Shown: piece after piece, positions 44,550-58,700 of the stretch
Layout of the letters: the number at the start of each line of letters is the position of its first letter
Numbering within the stretch: position 1 is the stretch's first letter
DNA from: Schmidtea polychroa
Taxonomy: Eukaryota
DNA length: 64,000 nucleotides
Direction: 5' to 3'
Assembly (NCBI GenBank): GCA_044892525.1
Contig: CM097887.1
Span: 81,012,397-81,076,396 of the forward strand
The notes under the pieces: generated by a model
What the model saw: only the letters and a program-made list of their open reading frames with translations
Databases searched by the model: none
What the model was told of the DNA's origin: nothing
Position numbers and translations under genes: made by a program

Positions 44550-45381
44550 AACTAGCTTTACAAACTGACGCTACATGTCCCTTGCGCTTGCATTTCTCAC
44601 AATTTAGGTCCGAAATTCTACAGTTTGATGCCACATGATTATTTCTCCCACACTTGGTACATAATTTGTCACCTGGAGAATTATTCCTACTTTTACAATC
44701 TTTTGACATATGTCCCTTTTTATGACAATTAAAACACTCAATGTCTGACTTGTTGCTACTAATTGCAAAATTGTTTGACTTCTCAATGCTACTCTCAATT
44801 AAACACGCTTTACGAGTTAATTCCTCTAAATTATCTCCTATGTGTAAACTGAGTGCATTTCTCATTGCTGACGATAACCCAGACCAAAACTGATCTTTTA
44901 CTAATGCTCTAGTTGCATCATTCCAGGCTGCCCTATTACCAAATGCTCTCTCTGCCAACATCATTATTTGATATGAAAATTCCCCAACATGCTCACCCGA
45001 ATTTTGTCGCCAATTATAAAATTGTTGTCTCAGCACTCTAGTTGCATCCCCCGGTAATATTCTGTTTTGTAACGCTAATCTTAATACATTCCATTCAACT
45101 GGATGGTCGGCTATTATAACATCGTTATATATTTCCCGCGCCATCCCTTTTAAATATAAAGGTAATCTCAAAATCATTACCGGTTCCGGGAATCCTAATG
45201 CTCTGGCTAACTGAAAATATTCGGACATAAATTCTGGAAACTCCCCTGGGTTTCCACTAAATGGTTTAATCGGAATTGTTGGGTATCTCATAAAATCTAC
45301 CGCTGGTGGTTGAGCTACTGGCACATTATTATTTTGTAAATTATTCTCATTTAGATTTTGTAAATTATTTATCTCTGCCAT
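44452..45381 (-). CDS. gag: Gag: capsid plus three CCHC zinc knuckles
   Basis: IKPFSGNPGEFPEF capsid start, LPLYLKGMA motif, and knuckles CFNCHKKGHMSKDC, CTKCGRNNHVASNC and CEKCKRKGHVASVC. Confidence 0.93.
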   Translation of the reverse strand: MAEINNLQNLNENNLQNNNVPVAQPPAVDFMRYPTIPIKPFSGNPGEFPEFMSEYFQLARALGFPEPVMILRLPLYLKGMAREIYNDVIIADHPVEWNVLRLALQNRILPGDATRVLRQQFYNWRQNSGEHVGEFSYQIMMLAERAFGNRAAWNDATRALVKDQFWSGLSSAMRNALSLHIGDNLEELTRKACLIESSIEKSNNFAISSNKSDIECFNCHKKGHMSKDCKSRNNSPGDKLCTKCGRNNHVASNCRISDLNCEKCKRKGHVASVCKASFGGNNSNNNSSRNRSPDRNFRGNNNNNNLCRT

Positions 45382-45498
45382 TATTTGCTGGTTTCTATTA
45401 CCTGGTCTTAAATTTATTACCCTTCTATTTCTTAACTCAATGATTCAAAAAGATGTTTGCCTTTTATAAATAAAATTCTTATTCCCCCGAAAATTGCT

Positions 45499-45516
45499 AT
45501 CACGTCGGGCTCACCA
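45499..45516 (-). promoter_or_regulatory. Primer-binding site, tRNA-Trp type
   Basis: TGGTGAGCCCGACGTGAT lies 3 nt from the 5' LTR and differs by one base from the vertebrate tRNA-Trp PBS TGGTGACCCCGACGTGAT. Confidence 0.85.
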
Positions 45517-45519
45517 AAA

Positions 45520-46666
45520 TGTTAAGATCGAAAAACGGGGACTAAAGATCCTAACACAAATGACTCCAATAGGTTAAATAAATGAAAAAAAGATATAAAT
45601 GAATATAAATAAATTATATTTAATGTGGTTGCGCGTTTAATATTTAAATTACTGAGTTAAAAACAAAACAAACTCTTTCTCTGTTTATAAATATGTATTT
45701 TATAATTTACAACAGATATTTATAATATATGTGCAAAGAATACAAGAAAACGGATTTATTAATCCTTACTGTTTACCACAGCCTGCAAGAAATCGATGGC
45801 TCCTGTGTAGCACAACGATCGCAATTTGACCAAAAGAGTTGGGCAAGTAAGAGGGAATGATTTTGAGGCTCCCAGGGAACACTAAAGTAAAAGATCTATA
45901 CTTTGTGTTCGCTTTAATTTTACCTATTTAACGGGATACTAGTTTATCCCTTGATAATCAAATCTACCTGAATGTTTAAACAATGTTGTAGACCAATCTT
46001 CTTTACAATTCTGTGACGACAATATTCTTAGCTCTCGATTAATTTCTGATTTTCCTTTTCCGTCTCAACTAATTTGATGATCAATTTATAGTAGAATTTC
46101 TCCGTTGATATTGATTTGAAATTGGAGCCGGAATTTCTTCGTGTGTGGGCTATTGTTTATATCCAATTTAAACAACTCGGAGTTGTGTTGAAATTAATTA
46201 AAATAAACACAGTGATTCTTTAATCACAATAATGAACTAATTTGATCGTAAATGTTGCACTTCTAAATTAAATAATTAACACAGTGATTCTCTAATCACG
46301 TTTTCGTTTTTTTCAAAGTGATAATAATTTTCTAAATTATTGTTTCAATTTCTTTTCGAACTTTCTTGACAGTTTTTCTCGTCCGCAAGTTATCGTCAAT
46401 TTTCTCGTCTATGTTTTTATCGTCCCTTGGTTCTCGTTTGAACCAGTATTTATATCACGTTATAATTATTTATTATATTAATAGTAATTTTATAATTACT
46501 ATATATAGTAATAGTATTATCAAATATTCCTATATATTACCTAAATCTATTAATAGTAATTAATAAAACCTATCTTTTATTTTCAGTAATTTTTTATTTA
46601 TACTGTTTCTAAATATAGTAATTCTTTATTTATTTTACACTCCAGGCCCCAGGCCTATCCCTAACA
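45520..46666 (-). repeat. 5' LTR
   Basis: Near-identical copy of 32004-33150, adjacent to the PBS. Confidence 0.97.
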
Positions 46667-46670
46667 ATAG

Positions 46671-48926
46671 TATGCTAAAATATGTCGTCAACATGTCTAA
46701 TATTGCATTCACTCACAGTAGTAATGTGGAAGTAGAAGATACAGAGGCTGGTGGTGATGGTTACCCATTTGAATAAAATAATAATGAAGGAAGTAATAAT
46801 AATATTATAATATTTTAGAATGTGATCTACAAGAAGAAAATCATGTAATGACTTTGAATCACAAAAACAAATCCAATATTGAAACCGCCGAAGAAATTAA
46901 TCTATTAGATTTGGAAGACCCCGGTACAAGGCAAGTAAATTATCGAAACATATCAGAATTGCTTTAATTCGGCATGGTCCTGTTCAAATAAATAATTTTG
47001 ATTTTCCTATAGACAAGAATAAAAGATCTTTCTCTGTAAAATATTACAATAGAAAAGTTACAAACGGCCAAACTCTAAAAACACGATGGCTAATATATTC
47101 GAAAACTATGAACAAAGTATGGCGTTTTCCATGTAAACTGTTTATGGATAACGAAACTGATGTAGCATTAAACAATAATGGTTTTAATGATTGGATTCAT
47201 TTGAGTCAAAGGCTTAAAGCGCATGAGCGATCAGTGCGTCATATAAAATCTATGCAGACTTGGCTTCAAATTGAACACAATCTAAACTTTGGTAATACAA
47301 TAGATCAAGAACATGAACGGATAATTTGTATTGAAACGCATCGTTGGAAAAAGGTTTTCGAACGTATAATCGGAGAAATTTTATATTTTTCTGAATATAA
47401 TTTAGCTTTCCGGGGAAGTAGTGATACGCTATACTCACCGCACAATGGCAAAGGTTTAGGTTTATTAGAGCTGATTCCTAGATTTGATCCAGTTTTAAAA
47501 GATCACCTTAATCTTACTACCATTTAAAATGGCAAGAAAAAAGGAGAAACTGTTATTTGTCCAATTTAATTCAAAATGGATTAATTAATTCTTTGGGAAA
47601 TAAAGTTAAAAATAAAATAATAGAATTGATAAAGCACTGCAAGTATTATTCCATATTACTTGATTGTACTCCTGATATAAGTCATCGGGAGCAACTATCA
47701 GTTGTTTTATGCTGTGTTGATATAAATGATAGGGAAGTAAAAATTGTGGAATATTTTATAGCAATTGTAAGAGTGTATGACACTACAGGAAAGGGTCAAG
47801 GATACGGCAATGGGGTCAATATGAAAGGAGTGTATAAAGGAGGGCAGTCATATATTTCACGTGAAAATCCAAAAGCTTCTTACATTCCATGTGGGTGCCA
47901 TAATCTGAATTTACTCTTAGGAGATATCGCGAAATGTTCAGTCAGCAGTTAATTTTTTTGGCACCTTACAAATAATCTACAATATATTTGCGCATCGACA
48001 TCGCGTTGAGATATATCGAAAAAACATGGTAAACGTGTTCCCCAAAAATGCTTATCAGAAACACCTTGGGAATGTTGTGTAGAAAGTGTAAAAGCAGTAC
48101 TGCATCAAATTTCATATTTCCAAACTGCTTTAGTAGAGATTTCAAATGCAGTAACTGATAATACAATTAAAAGTGAAATAATTTACATTAGGCAGAAACC
48201 TACCAAATTTGAATTTTTTTGTTAGCCTCACCATTTGGTATGATTTATTATCAAAAGTCAATTTCGTCAGCCAAATACTACAGAATTCCACAATGCAGAG
48301 AGATGTGACCGTTTCTCATCTAAGAGAGCTTTTGGTATACTTTGAAAAGTTTAGGAAATCCGGTTTTGAATCATGTTTAAAAAAAGCTAAAGAGAGTGCA
48401 GATGATTTGAAAATATCTTCAGAATTTGAAATAACACGACGAAGACGAATGAGAATGCCATGATAAACATAACAATATTTTTGGGTTTTTATACGATTTA
48501 AATAAATTAAAATTGAAAGATGATAGTAACATTTTAAATTGTTGTATGGACTTACAACTAGCAATAGAAGGAGATATAGATGCTATAGATTTATATGAAG
48601 AAATTAAGTTTTTTATGAATATCGTGCCTGAAAATAAAACTGTTTTATAATTATAAAAATATATTATTAAAAAAAACTTGTCGGAAATTTATCCGAATTT
48701 AATTACAAGTCTGCAAATATTGTTGGCGACGCCTGTTACCGTAGCTTCTGCAGAGCGATCATTTTCAAAGCTGAAAATCATAAAAAATTATCTACGGTCA
48801 ACAATTAATCAGGATATGTTTACTTCATTATCAATTTTGTCAGTCGAAAATGAAATTGCAAGAGAAATAAATTACGATGATATAATTGAAGAATTCAGTA
48901 CAAAAAGAGCTCGAAAAATAAAATAG
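46671..48926 (+). pseudogene. ZMYM1-like hAT transposase pseudogene (TTF-type finger, DUF4371-like core, hATC dimerization domain)
   Basis: Broken into several frames: RWLIYS, NLAFRGSS, YYSILLDCTPDISHREQLS, YIPCGCHNLNLLL and PVTVASAERSFSKLKIIKNYLRST. Confidence 0.9.
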
Positions 48927-49182
48927 ATTTATTTATACATATTCTGATAATTACTGTTGTTTTAAATAAAAAATGTATTTAACATGATCATTTTGTTTAT
49001 ATTTTTCTTATGAAATTTACTTTAATTCATAATTTTTTTCTCAAAACTACAACAAATTTACTTAATTTTGTGCGTTTTAAATAGATCAGTCATCATAGAT
49101 AGGGTTAAGTCATTTTGTCTCTATCTCTTTCAAGTCTTGATGGAGGCTCTCCTTCTGTTCGTCACTCATTGATCCAAGATTC

Positions 49183-49830
49183 TCAGGAAACCAACTCGAA
49201 TGGGAGAACAGCTAGTGCATTATCTTTAGTGGTAAACGGGAGGTACTCTTCATGGCTGCTTCGGTAGAATGTGATGCGAACACTATGAAAGAGGAGGTGT
49301 TTGTCCTTCAGTCTCAATTCCAACAGCTCAGCATTCGATTTTGATAAGCTGAGATCATGAACAAGGTCATTAAGCTCATGTTGCGAGAACTGATGTGGAG
49401 CGTCATTGTCAGGAACAAGTTCTTCTCCTTCAACACTAAAAGAGGAGAAGAGGAGAGAGAATTCTTCGTCGCTCATGTCAGAAGGATCATGAAATAGAGG
49501 CACTGAAATCTCATCGCAGTATGGCATAGGACGACGTGCTGATTCCAGATCAGGACATTTGAGACAGCTCCGAAGTAACAGTCAGTTGCATGGTTGTAAG
49601 GTTTCCTCCAAATCATAGGGATTCCAAATGTCAAAAAACTCCTTGTTCCTTTGATCCACTGACGAAGATGCTCTATGCAGGTCTTGTATGTGTGAGGTGC
49701 CTAAAGTTTATCATGATCACCCGGCTTCATACCGAAATATGAATGATAAACACGCTTTACAAAGTTGGTGGTAGGGTTCCTGTTGGCAATAAGGGTGTAT
49801 TCACCACAGATGTAGCAAAATCAGGTTTGT
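49183..49830 (-). pseudogene. Remnant of an unclassified invertebrate transposon-associated protein
   Basis: GDHDKL*APH...CIEHLRQW...FGIPMIWRKPYNHATDCYF and ELNDLVHDLSLSKSNAELL..RLKDK motifs, which I recognise as a repeat-associated family but cannot name with certainty. Confidence 0.55.
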
Positions 49831-51523
49831 TTTTACAACAATCGAATAAATAAAAGAACCAACTAGTATTTAGAATTAAAACGCATAGATATCACACTTA
49901 CTATTTTATCGATGACAAGCATAGACACGTAAAAGGTTCATGTAGTGCTATATAAAAAAATTGACCTGACTTAACTTAGACACTAAATTTACTGTGGATC
50001 AGATTTATTAAATGGTGAAATAAACTTTTAGAGAAAATTCTTCGAACTTACCTAGAGTTGTCGAGAAATGAAGAAATATTTTTGTAAGATTTATCTTAAA
50101 GTAAATATAAATTTTGATATTTTCTTAGGATTTCAGATATTTCTGAAATTTCTATTGAAACGTTACTTTTTTGCGAAGGTGAACAAATGATAACGTAAGA
50201 TTTATTTTTGAAATTATAATTAATATAATATTTTTATAGTATTTCAAACATTTATGAAGTAACTGAATCAGGACCCTTAACAATTCCATCAAATATCGAC
50301 ATTGTGACAAAATCTCGAATTTGTAGAATTTCAAAACTTGACAGAAGAACAAGGAAATAGTTTGTTGGATTTTGTTGAATTAAAATTTTGGAAGAAATGC
50401 GCAATTTTCTGCTGCTACAAAATTGTAATGTCACAAAAGCAACTATTTTAAGATAGATTCAGTTCAATGCCCTTCCCAGCAGATCCGATGTTGTCAAAGA
50501 AGCTAAGGAAATTGAGCTTAAGAAAGAAGACTATAAAAACTTGGAAAACTATTTTGTATATGTTTGCAGTCTCTTCTCTTAATGTATTTAAAAAATAAAA
50601 ATCTCTGGTGATTACTTTTTGTTAATAATTTATCATTTAAAATTGATTTAATTTACATTAAATTGAAATATATCCAAAATTTAATACATAAATTCGAAAA
50701 ATTCTGAAAAACGTAATTAAAAATAAATTATAATATAAAATGTTGTATAAAAATAATATTAAAGAGATTGAAAATTGATCACATATCTGTATTAAATCAA
50801 AATTCGAGGCTTAAAATTGACATTTTTACCTACTTACCAGTCATTCCTAAAATGGATTCTAAAATGTAAAATGTCAAAATTATAAAAATGATGACTCACA
50901 AAATTGGTTTACACACAAACTTTTATTATAGAAGTTTTTATTCCGTGCAAATAGATATATAATAAATGATATTACTCGTGAAATATATTAAAATTCAAAA
51001 CACATGTAAGTTTGTATGTTTCCATTATATAAGATTAATGATATTTTTAATATTGTAGATCTTATTATTTTACACCAAATTCCACTGAGATACATTCTAT
51101 AATACAGGTTAATGTGTAAATTTACGTGATGAATAATATGTTTTCGTAAATTATTCAACTTCAGTCATTTTAATATTAATTTTTCAACATTTTCAGAAAA
51201 TTATTTATTTAAAAAACAAATTTATCTCCATAAATGTTTATTTTTTTAAAAATTTAAAGAAAAATTTGAATATGGACTATTAGAGGCTGCTAACACATCT
51301 TCTAAATTATTTTTTAAATTCGGTTCAAAAGTTAACGTCATAATTCCAAGTGTTTTCGCCGATTTTGGCGTTTTTTTGTGTCGCGTCTGTGTGCAGAATT
51401 ATGGTGATAATGATGTGCGTACACAGACGCGAGTAATAGGTATTTCATATTATTTTTTAATGAAATGTTGTAAATTGATTTTTTATAGAGTTTTAGAATT
51501 TGTTTTACCAGGTTTTTTGGTGA

Positions 51524-52105
<582 letters not shown>

Positions 52106-52757
52106 TAAAATATTTTAAAAACCATTAATTAAAATTTTGATATTTAAAATATATTTATTTAAACATTATTCACTAATAAAACTTCTTTCGAAAAGTTATT
52201 TTAATTTTTCAATTTTTAAATTCAAAAATTTCAACTTAAAAAATCCAATTTAAAAATTATTTTAAAAATTAATTTAATAGTCAATTATTTACAATTTAAA
52301 ATTATCTTAATAAATCATTGAAATATTTAATTCTCAGCTGAAAACACCTCACATGGACAAAATGGAAATAATCTTCGCCATTTTCCATGGCATTTATCAT
52401 TCGTACTTTATAATATTTTTCCAAAATTGTGTAATAATATTACATTTTTAAAACTGTTTCTAGATCCGACATTTTAAAAGTACATAATTGCATTTAAAAG
52501 ACAAAACATTCAAACAAAACATTTATTAAACAAATATTTACTTTTACTCATAAAATATTCAATAAGATATTTTGGTGAAATTATTAATCAAAATTTAGAA
52601 ACAAATAAATAGTTATTTTGTAAAAGATGGTGATAATGTGCACGTATAATTTATAGGTAAGATAATAGAGGGGGGGGGGGGTCATTATAAAAATACTAAA
52701 TATATGAAACTGGTTTATTGCAACCAATTTCATCTCAGAGGGAAATTTTTGATAAAG

Positions 52758-53483
52758 TTAAAAATAAGGATCCGATAAATTCATTTCACAGATGTAATTG
52801 ATAACAATTTCACTGCCAGTTCCTACTGCATATCCTGATGAGGTTAACTTTACGTATGCTGGAGGGGTCACATTTTCGGGTTGATTTGGCGCCCATAATG
52901 AAGAATTCAGTGGTTTGTTTGATTTATTCCAAGTATAGCAATCAGTAGAATTAGTCGGTTCAGAAGAACAGGACGCGCCGATCCACACAGAATTAATTAT
53001 TATAACCTGAGATAATATATTTTCAAATAATTTAGGACTTGTCAATTCTCCCAGTATCATTTTTCTTTCCAGGCATCCTTTTTCCGCTTCTGCGTAAGTG
53101 GTTAAAGCTTTATTTATAATTACTAGCTGTTTCACAGCCATATAATCATCAATAACATTTATAAATATCTTCTTGAATAAGATTCGGACATTGCTATTGC
53201 ATGTCTCATTCGGTAAAAGGAAAACTAAAAAAGAACTAATTAAATTAATTTCGTTCGTATAACTTATGCAGAATTTCGGAGTGACGGAATATCCACCACA
53301 CGAATTTCCTTGTTTAGAGCACCAAATTGCGCATTTTATATTGGAGAGACCTGCTGTAGGTTTGGTTATGTTATTCATAAATCTCAATAGACAACTGGAA
53401 ACGTTCAGTTTCGAATAAATGTCGTGGCCATTTGAGAATATAGAGAAAATTACTAATACCAGGATGAAATAGTTCTGTAGCAT
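52758..53483 (-). CDS. Secreted PAN/Apple plus C-type lectin-like protein (intronless)
   Basis: Signal peptide, KCAIWCSKQGNSCGGY (PAN-like), then YAEAEKGC...VWIGA...LWAPNQPEN...YICE (CTLD). Confidence 0.8.
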   Translation of the reverse strand: MLQNYFILVLVIFSIFSNGHDIYSKLNVSSCLLRFMNNITKPTAGLSNIKCAIWCSKQGNSCGGYSVTPKFCISYTNEINLISSFLVFLLPNETCNSNVRILFKKIFINVIDDYMAVKQLVIINKALTTYAEAEKGCLERKMILGELTSPKLFENILSQVIIINSVWIGASCSSEPTNSTDCYTWNKSNKPLNSSLWAPNQPENVTPPAYVKLTSSGYAVGTGSEIVINYICEMNLSDPYF

Positions 53484-55798
53484 TTAGGAAGAATAAAATA
53501 AATAATTTATAGGCTACTGTTTTATTTATAGTAGAGACTTGGCTGATGTGACACTGAGAGGCATATGGAACTGAAAGGTAAAAATGTTAATATAATTAGG
53601 ACTAATTAATTAATTATTGCCCGCAAGAATGAGATTGATATCTGCAAAAATAGAAATAGAATTTTTATTTTTTGCTGTCAGTTTCAAAAATTCATGTTTA
53701 AAACAATTAGACATTATCATTGTTCCTTTCAACAATACTTGACATCGAGACAATCAACGGAAGCCCGATGTCACTTGCCTAACTTTACAAATTACCAAGA
53801 AGTCTGCAAGAGGGAAATTCCGATAGTGGTAAAATATTTGGGGAAGAAAATTTAAACAAAAATGTAGTTTACNNNNNNNNNNNNNNNNNNNNNNNNNNNN
53901 NNNNNNNNNNNNNNNNNNNNNNNNNNNNNNNNNNNNNNNNNNNNNNNNNNNNNNNNNNNNNNNNNNNNNNNNNNNNNNNNNNNNNNNNNNNNNNNNNNNN
54001 NNNNNNNNNNNNNNNNNNNNNNNNNNNNNNNNNNNNNNNNNNNNNNNNNNNNNNNNNNNNNNNNNNNNNNNNNNNNNNNNNNNNNNNNNNNNNNNNNNNN
54101 NNNNNNNNNNNNNNNNNNNNNNNNNNNNNNNNNNNNNNNNNNNNNNNNNTTGCATTGTTGTAGAAAATTAGTAAATATAATAATAACAAAAATAATAAAA
54201 ATAACCCATTTCAAGAGAACTTTACCAGTATTGTCAACCGATATGTACCTGCATTAATTACATTTTGGGAATATTTGGTAATGTAGCCCTGTGATAATAT
54301 GATTGGGGTTGCACAGTGTTGGGGAAATATTGCTCTATTCCCGAACTTGCACTTGCACCTGGACATTATTAAGTGAGTCAAGTGGCTATTAATCGATTTC
54401 CTGCATTTTACGAGTTGACGTTTGACATTGTTTGTATTGTCTGTGAATGTTTAATGTAAATATGTGGAATTTCCTAGTTAATTATGCAAAGCTGACGCAT
54501 TTGAACAGGTTGTTTTAGTTACTGATCTCTCTTTAGAACCTACCAGTCCTAGCACTCATTGTGGTAGTGGAATATTTCACACAAAATTTGTTTATATATA
54601 ATTCTGATGTTCCTAATTAAAGGTGTAATAGAAAGCCGTATCGGTACTATAATTGACCCATGACAAATGGGAGTGCTGATCGATTTAGTGAACGCCACAC
54701 TTGTTGAGTGCAAAACTCTTTATAGGATTTATATTGTATTGAAGAAACAACATGTATCAAATAATTAATCAAAATAATACTTGAAATTAATGGTAGTGAA
54801 TTGAAAAGAATTATCCTATAATCGATATTTTCATTTAATACATATTTTGCAGCAAAGGGTTTTTTACTTGTCTATCATTTAGTAAAGAAACCAANNNNNN
54901 NNNNNNNNNNNNNNNNNNNNNNNNNNNNNNNNNNNNNNNNNNNNNNNNNNNNNNNNNNNNNNNNNNNNNNNNNNNNNNNNNNNNNNNNNNNNNNNNNNNN
55001 NNNNNNNNNNNNNNNNNNNNNNNNNNNNNNNNNNNNNNNNNNNNNNNNNNNNNNNNNNNNNNNNNNNNNNNNNNNTTGCACCTCACTTATAAAGTATATT
55101 TCAACATGTTTACTGTTATCATCAGGTAGGAATGAAAAAACTATATAAATTTTAAATTACTTATACAATTTCAACAATCAAGGAATGCAGAGAAATGACA
55201 GACCAAAGTTCAAATGCTGGTATTGTAATGGAAAGGATCATAGGAGATCAGAATACCAGATTGTGAATTGAATCACAAGGCAGGACATTTCAAGTATCAA
55301 TGATTTAAAGCTTAAATAATGGAGAAATTTTAAAGAAAATGTAAGAGGAAATGAGCAAGAAAACTCAAGAGAAAACAGAAATTGTCAGTTGTAGCGATGG
55401 AAGATGAATACGGAATATTAGAATTACCATTTTTGTAGGAACATTTAGTGTTTTAAACATTCAAGGTCTATTAAAAATAATTAAAGATAAATAAAAATTC
55501 CAAAACGATAATAAATTTATTTTTAGAAAACAAATCTTGTCTTTGGGATAATTTAACACTTTTTGCAGATCTTCAATTAGTGTTGATATTTTGAAAAAGC
55601 CTTCAAGAACTTTTCCTTGTATTTCTCTATATTTTATTTTATCGTAAATCTCTATAGCTTTTCCTGGCAAAAAAGCTCTGAGAAAAATTGTTCTACAATC
55701 GTTACGAGTTATTGAGTATTTCAAAGAAACATTTTATTTATAAGATAAATTTTTGAAAAACTTTGGTCCAATTCATATATTTTGATAAATCTACTGAG

Positions 55799-58700
55799 CA
55801 GTAGCGGATTTAGCTATAGGCGTGGGGGGGGGCGAATCGCCCCTCCACGCCCCTGTTGGATCCTAATTGGCGCCCCCCAAAGATATTTTATGAATTTTTT
55901 CTCTTATTACAGTTTTGTCTGTGTACAAAGTTCAACTGGATTTAAGCAACTCCAGCTGTTATGCTGCATCATATTAATAATATTACATAGCTCCAGTGAA
56001 TAGCGACTGTTTGAAGTTTTTAAGCTTGTATAGTGTTTGTACATAAATCTAACCATAATAATTATTGTCAATTTGGACTTTTTTGACAAACAAATTATTG
56101 CGTTACTATTGAAATATTAAAATAATATTCGATATTGAATTAAAAAAAAATTTAAATTATAACCATGGCTGAGTCAACTGGTGATACTAATAAAAGCAAA
56201 GCAATTACCCAATTAAGTGGATCATCTAGGCGTAAATTGGCAAAGGAAGCCAGTCTCAAGGCAGATGCTAGCAAATATATTAAGTTAACATCATTTATAA
56301 CTAAACAGTCTAAACTGCCAGTAGTTCAATCAACTGAAGTTTCTGCTAAAAATGAGTATGTATTTGATGATCAACACCCATCTACGCATTCGAGTTCCTG
56401 TGCTGAGCCTGCTGAGACAGAAACATCATCTGAAGTTCTTGTTGAAGATGAGCAAGTAGTTGATGAACAACACCCAGCTATACATTCATGTGCAGAGAAT
56501 ATTGAGACGGTAACATTACCTGCTCAGGGCTTGAAACATAATCAGGGTGATTCAGAATTTGATACAGTGGAAAAACAACTTGCTTCAGATATTTTACAAG
56601 AACAACTTCTTCCTCAATCCGACTTTCCTACAGATCCAGGACTCTACATTAATAAAAGCATAAGCTCGAAACTGATACGAAAATTGTTTGAAATCGGACC
56701 ATGTCAACCTGGACTCAATGAACCATTTCAATTTCCGACAGATGAATTGGAGCGCAAGTTTCAAATTTCTTGGTACACAAAATGTTTTTGAAAAGGTTGT
56801 ATGAAGGAGGAAAGAAATTGGCTTGTCTATTCACCAACAAATCAAAAAATGCATTGCCATGCTTGCTGGTTATTCGCTGATTGTAAAACTGAAAATTATA
56901 GCAAGGAATGGTCCGACCCAAATTTTGGAGTTTATAACTGGAAAAAAGGCATGGAAAAAATCGTTAAACATGAAACTTCCAATCAACATCAAAGTGCAAT
57001 ATGTCAATATTTGCTGGCTAAATATCGCATTTCAAATGATAAAAATGTGATATCTGGTTTGATCAGTCAGGAGCGTTATCAAGTGGAAAAAATAGAGAAG
57101 TTTTGAAACGAATGGTAGATGCAACGTTGTTTTTAGCAAAACAAGGTTTGCCATTTAGAGGACACAGAGAACATTCAGGCTCTGACAGGTGTAGTAATAC
57201 TGGAAATTTTCGTGAATTGCTATTTTTATTGGCTAAATATGATTCCACTTTGGACAATCATCTAAAGTTTGAAAAGAAAAATGAACTTTATTTATGTCAT
57301 GATGTACAAAATGACCTAATTCAATCACTTGCCTCAGAATTATCCGCAAATATTGATAATGAAGTTAGGTCTGCACAATTCTTTTCTCTAATTGTTGATT
57401 CAACAATTGATATATCTAGAGTTGATCAGATGTCAGTTTCTTTAAGATTAGTGTTAAAATCAGGACAAGTTGTTGAACGATTTATAGACTTCTACACGTT
57501 GGAAAACAGTAATGCTGCAGCATTTTCTGATATATTATTAACGGAGTTACAAAAGCGAAAATTCACATAACACTTTGTAGAGGACAGGCATATGATGGTG
57601 CCTCTGTGATGTCTGGGATTAAAAATGGTCTTCAAACTAAGATAAAGACACTTTCACCAAATTCCATCTTTGTTCACTGTTGTTCTCATGCATTTGGTGA
57701 CTATTGAAGCAATGTCTCTTAACAGTGATGTTCAGTTGTTTTTTGGTACAACAGAAAAATTGTATACTTTCCTTACATCAAGTCTACCACGACTACATAT
57801 TCTCGAAGAACATCAGAAATCTCGATATGAATCGACAGTAGATACTCTAAAACGACTTTCTGATACAAGATGGGCAAGCCGAAAGCATGCAGTTGATGCA
57901 GTTGTTGGATCATTCTCCGCTATTATATCTACTCTAGAAGATATAAATTTTGGGGAATCAAAAGAACACAAAGAAAGTGTCAGGCAGAAGCTATGGGACT
58001 ATCTATTTTGATAAAATATTCTTTTGTTTTTCTGATGCTATTTCTACAAAAGCTGTTAGATAATATCTTTGTGTTATCAAACTATTTGCAACGAAAGGAC
58101 ATTGATATTGCGTTTGCAAAACAATTGATTTATGTTGCCAGAAATAAGTTTGCTGATGTGAGAAGTTATAAAGCTTTTGAAAGTCTAAATGTTGCTGTAA
58201 AATCATTTATTATCAAAAATTGTTCCTTACTAGATGTTGAAACAGAATTTAAAGAAAAGCGAGTTGCAAAAAGGAAACGCATGGCAGGTGAACTTAACAG
58301 AGATGAAAGGGTTGATGATCCAACTACACGCTTCAAATGTGAAACGTATTTCACTGCCTTGGATACACTTGTAACACAACTATATGAACGTTTTAATGAT
58401 TTTCATAACACTGTTGCTTTATTCTCCTGTCTTGATCCATCACAAATATCAGAAGAAAATAAAGAATCTTTTCAAAATTTATGTGACATTTACAAAAACG
58501 ATATTAATATTGAAGAAGCAATCCTAGAATATGATACTTTCAAATACGTGTATGCATCAATACGCCCATTACTGTCTTGTGAACTACAACTTAAAGAGGT
58601 GCTGCCTTTCTTGGTTGAAAAACAGATGGCACCAGGACTTCCCAATTTGGCAATTCTCTATAAAATATACTTGACTCTTCCTGTTACATCTACTACTGCT

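Larger units (their letters stand above)
32004..46666 (-). mobile_element. Full-length ~14.7 kb Ty3/Gypsy LTR retrotransposon with glycoprotein and accessory ORFs
   Basis: Paired 1147-bp LTRs, 4-bp TSD ATAG (32000-32003 and 46667-46670), PBS, PPT, gag, and PR-RT-RH-INT in Gypsy order. Confidence 0.97.

Noticed and set aside
33634-44798. Short plus-strand ORFs antisense to the retroelement ORFs
   Set aside because: They are shadows of the coding strand with no recognisable motifs.
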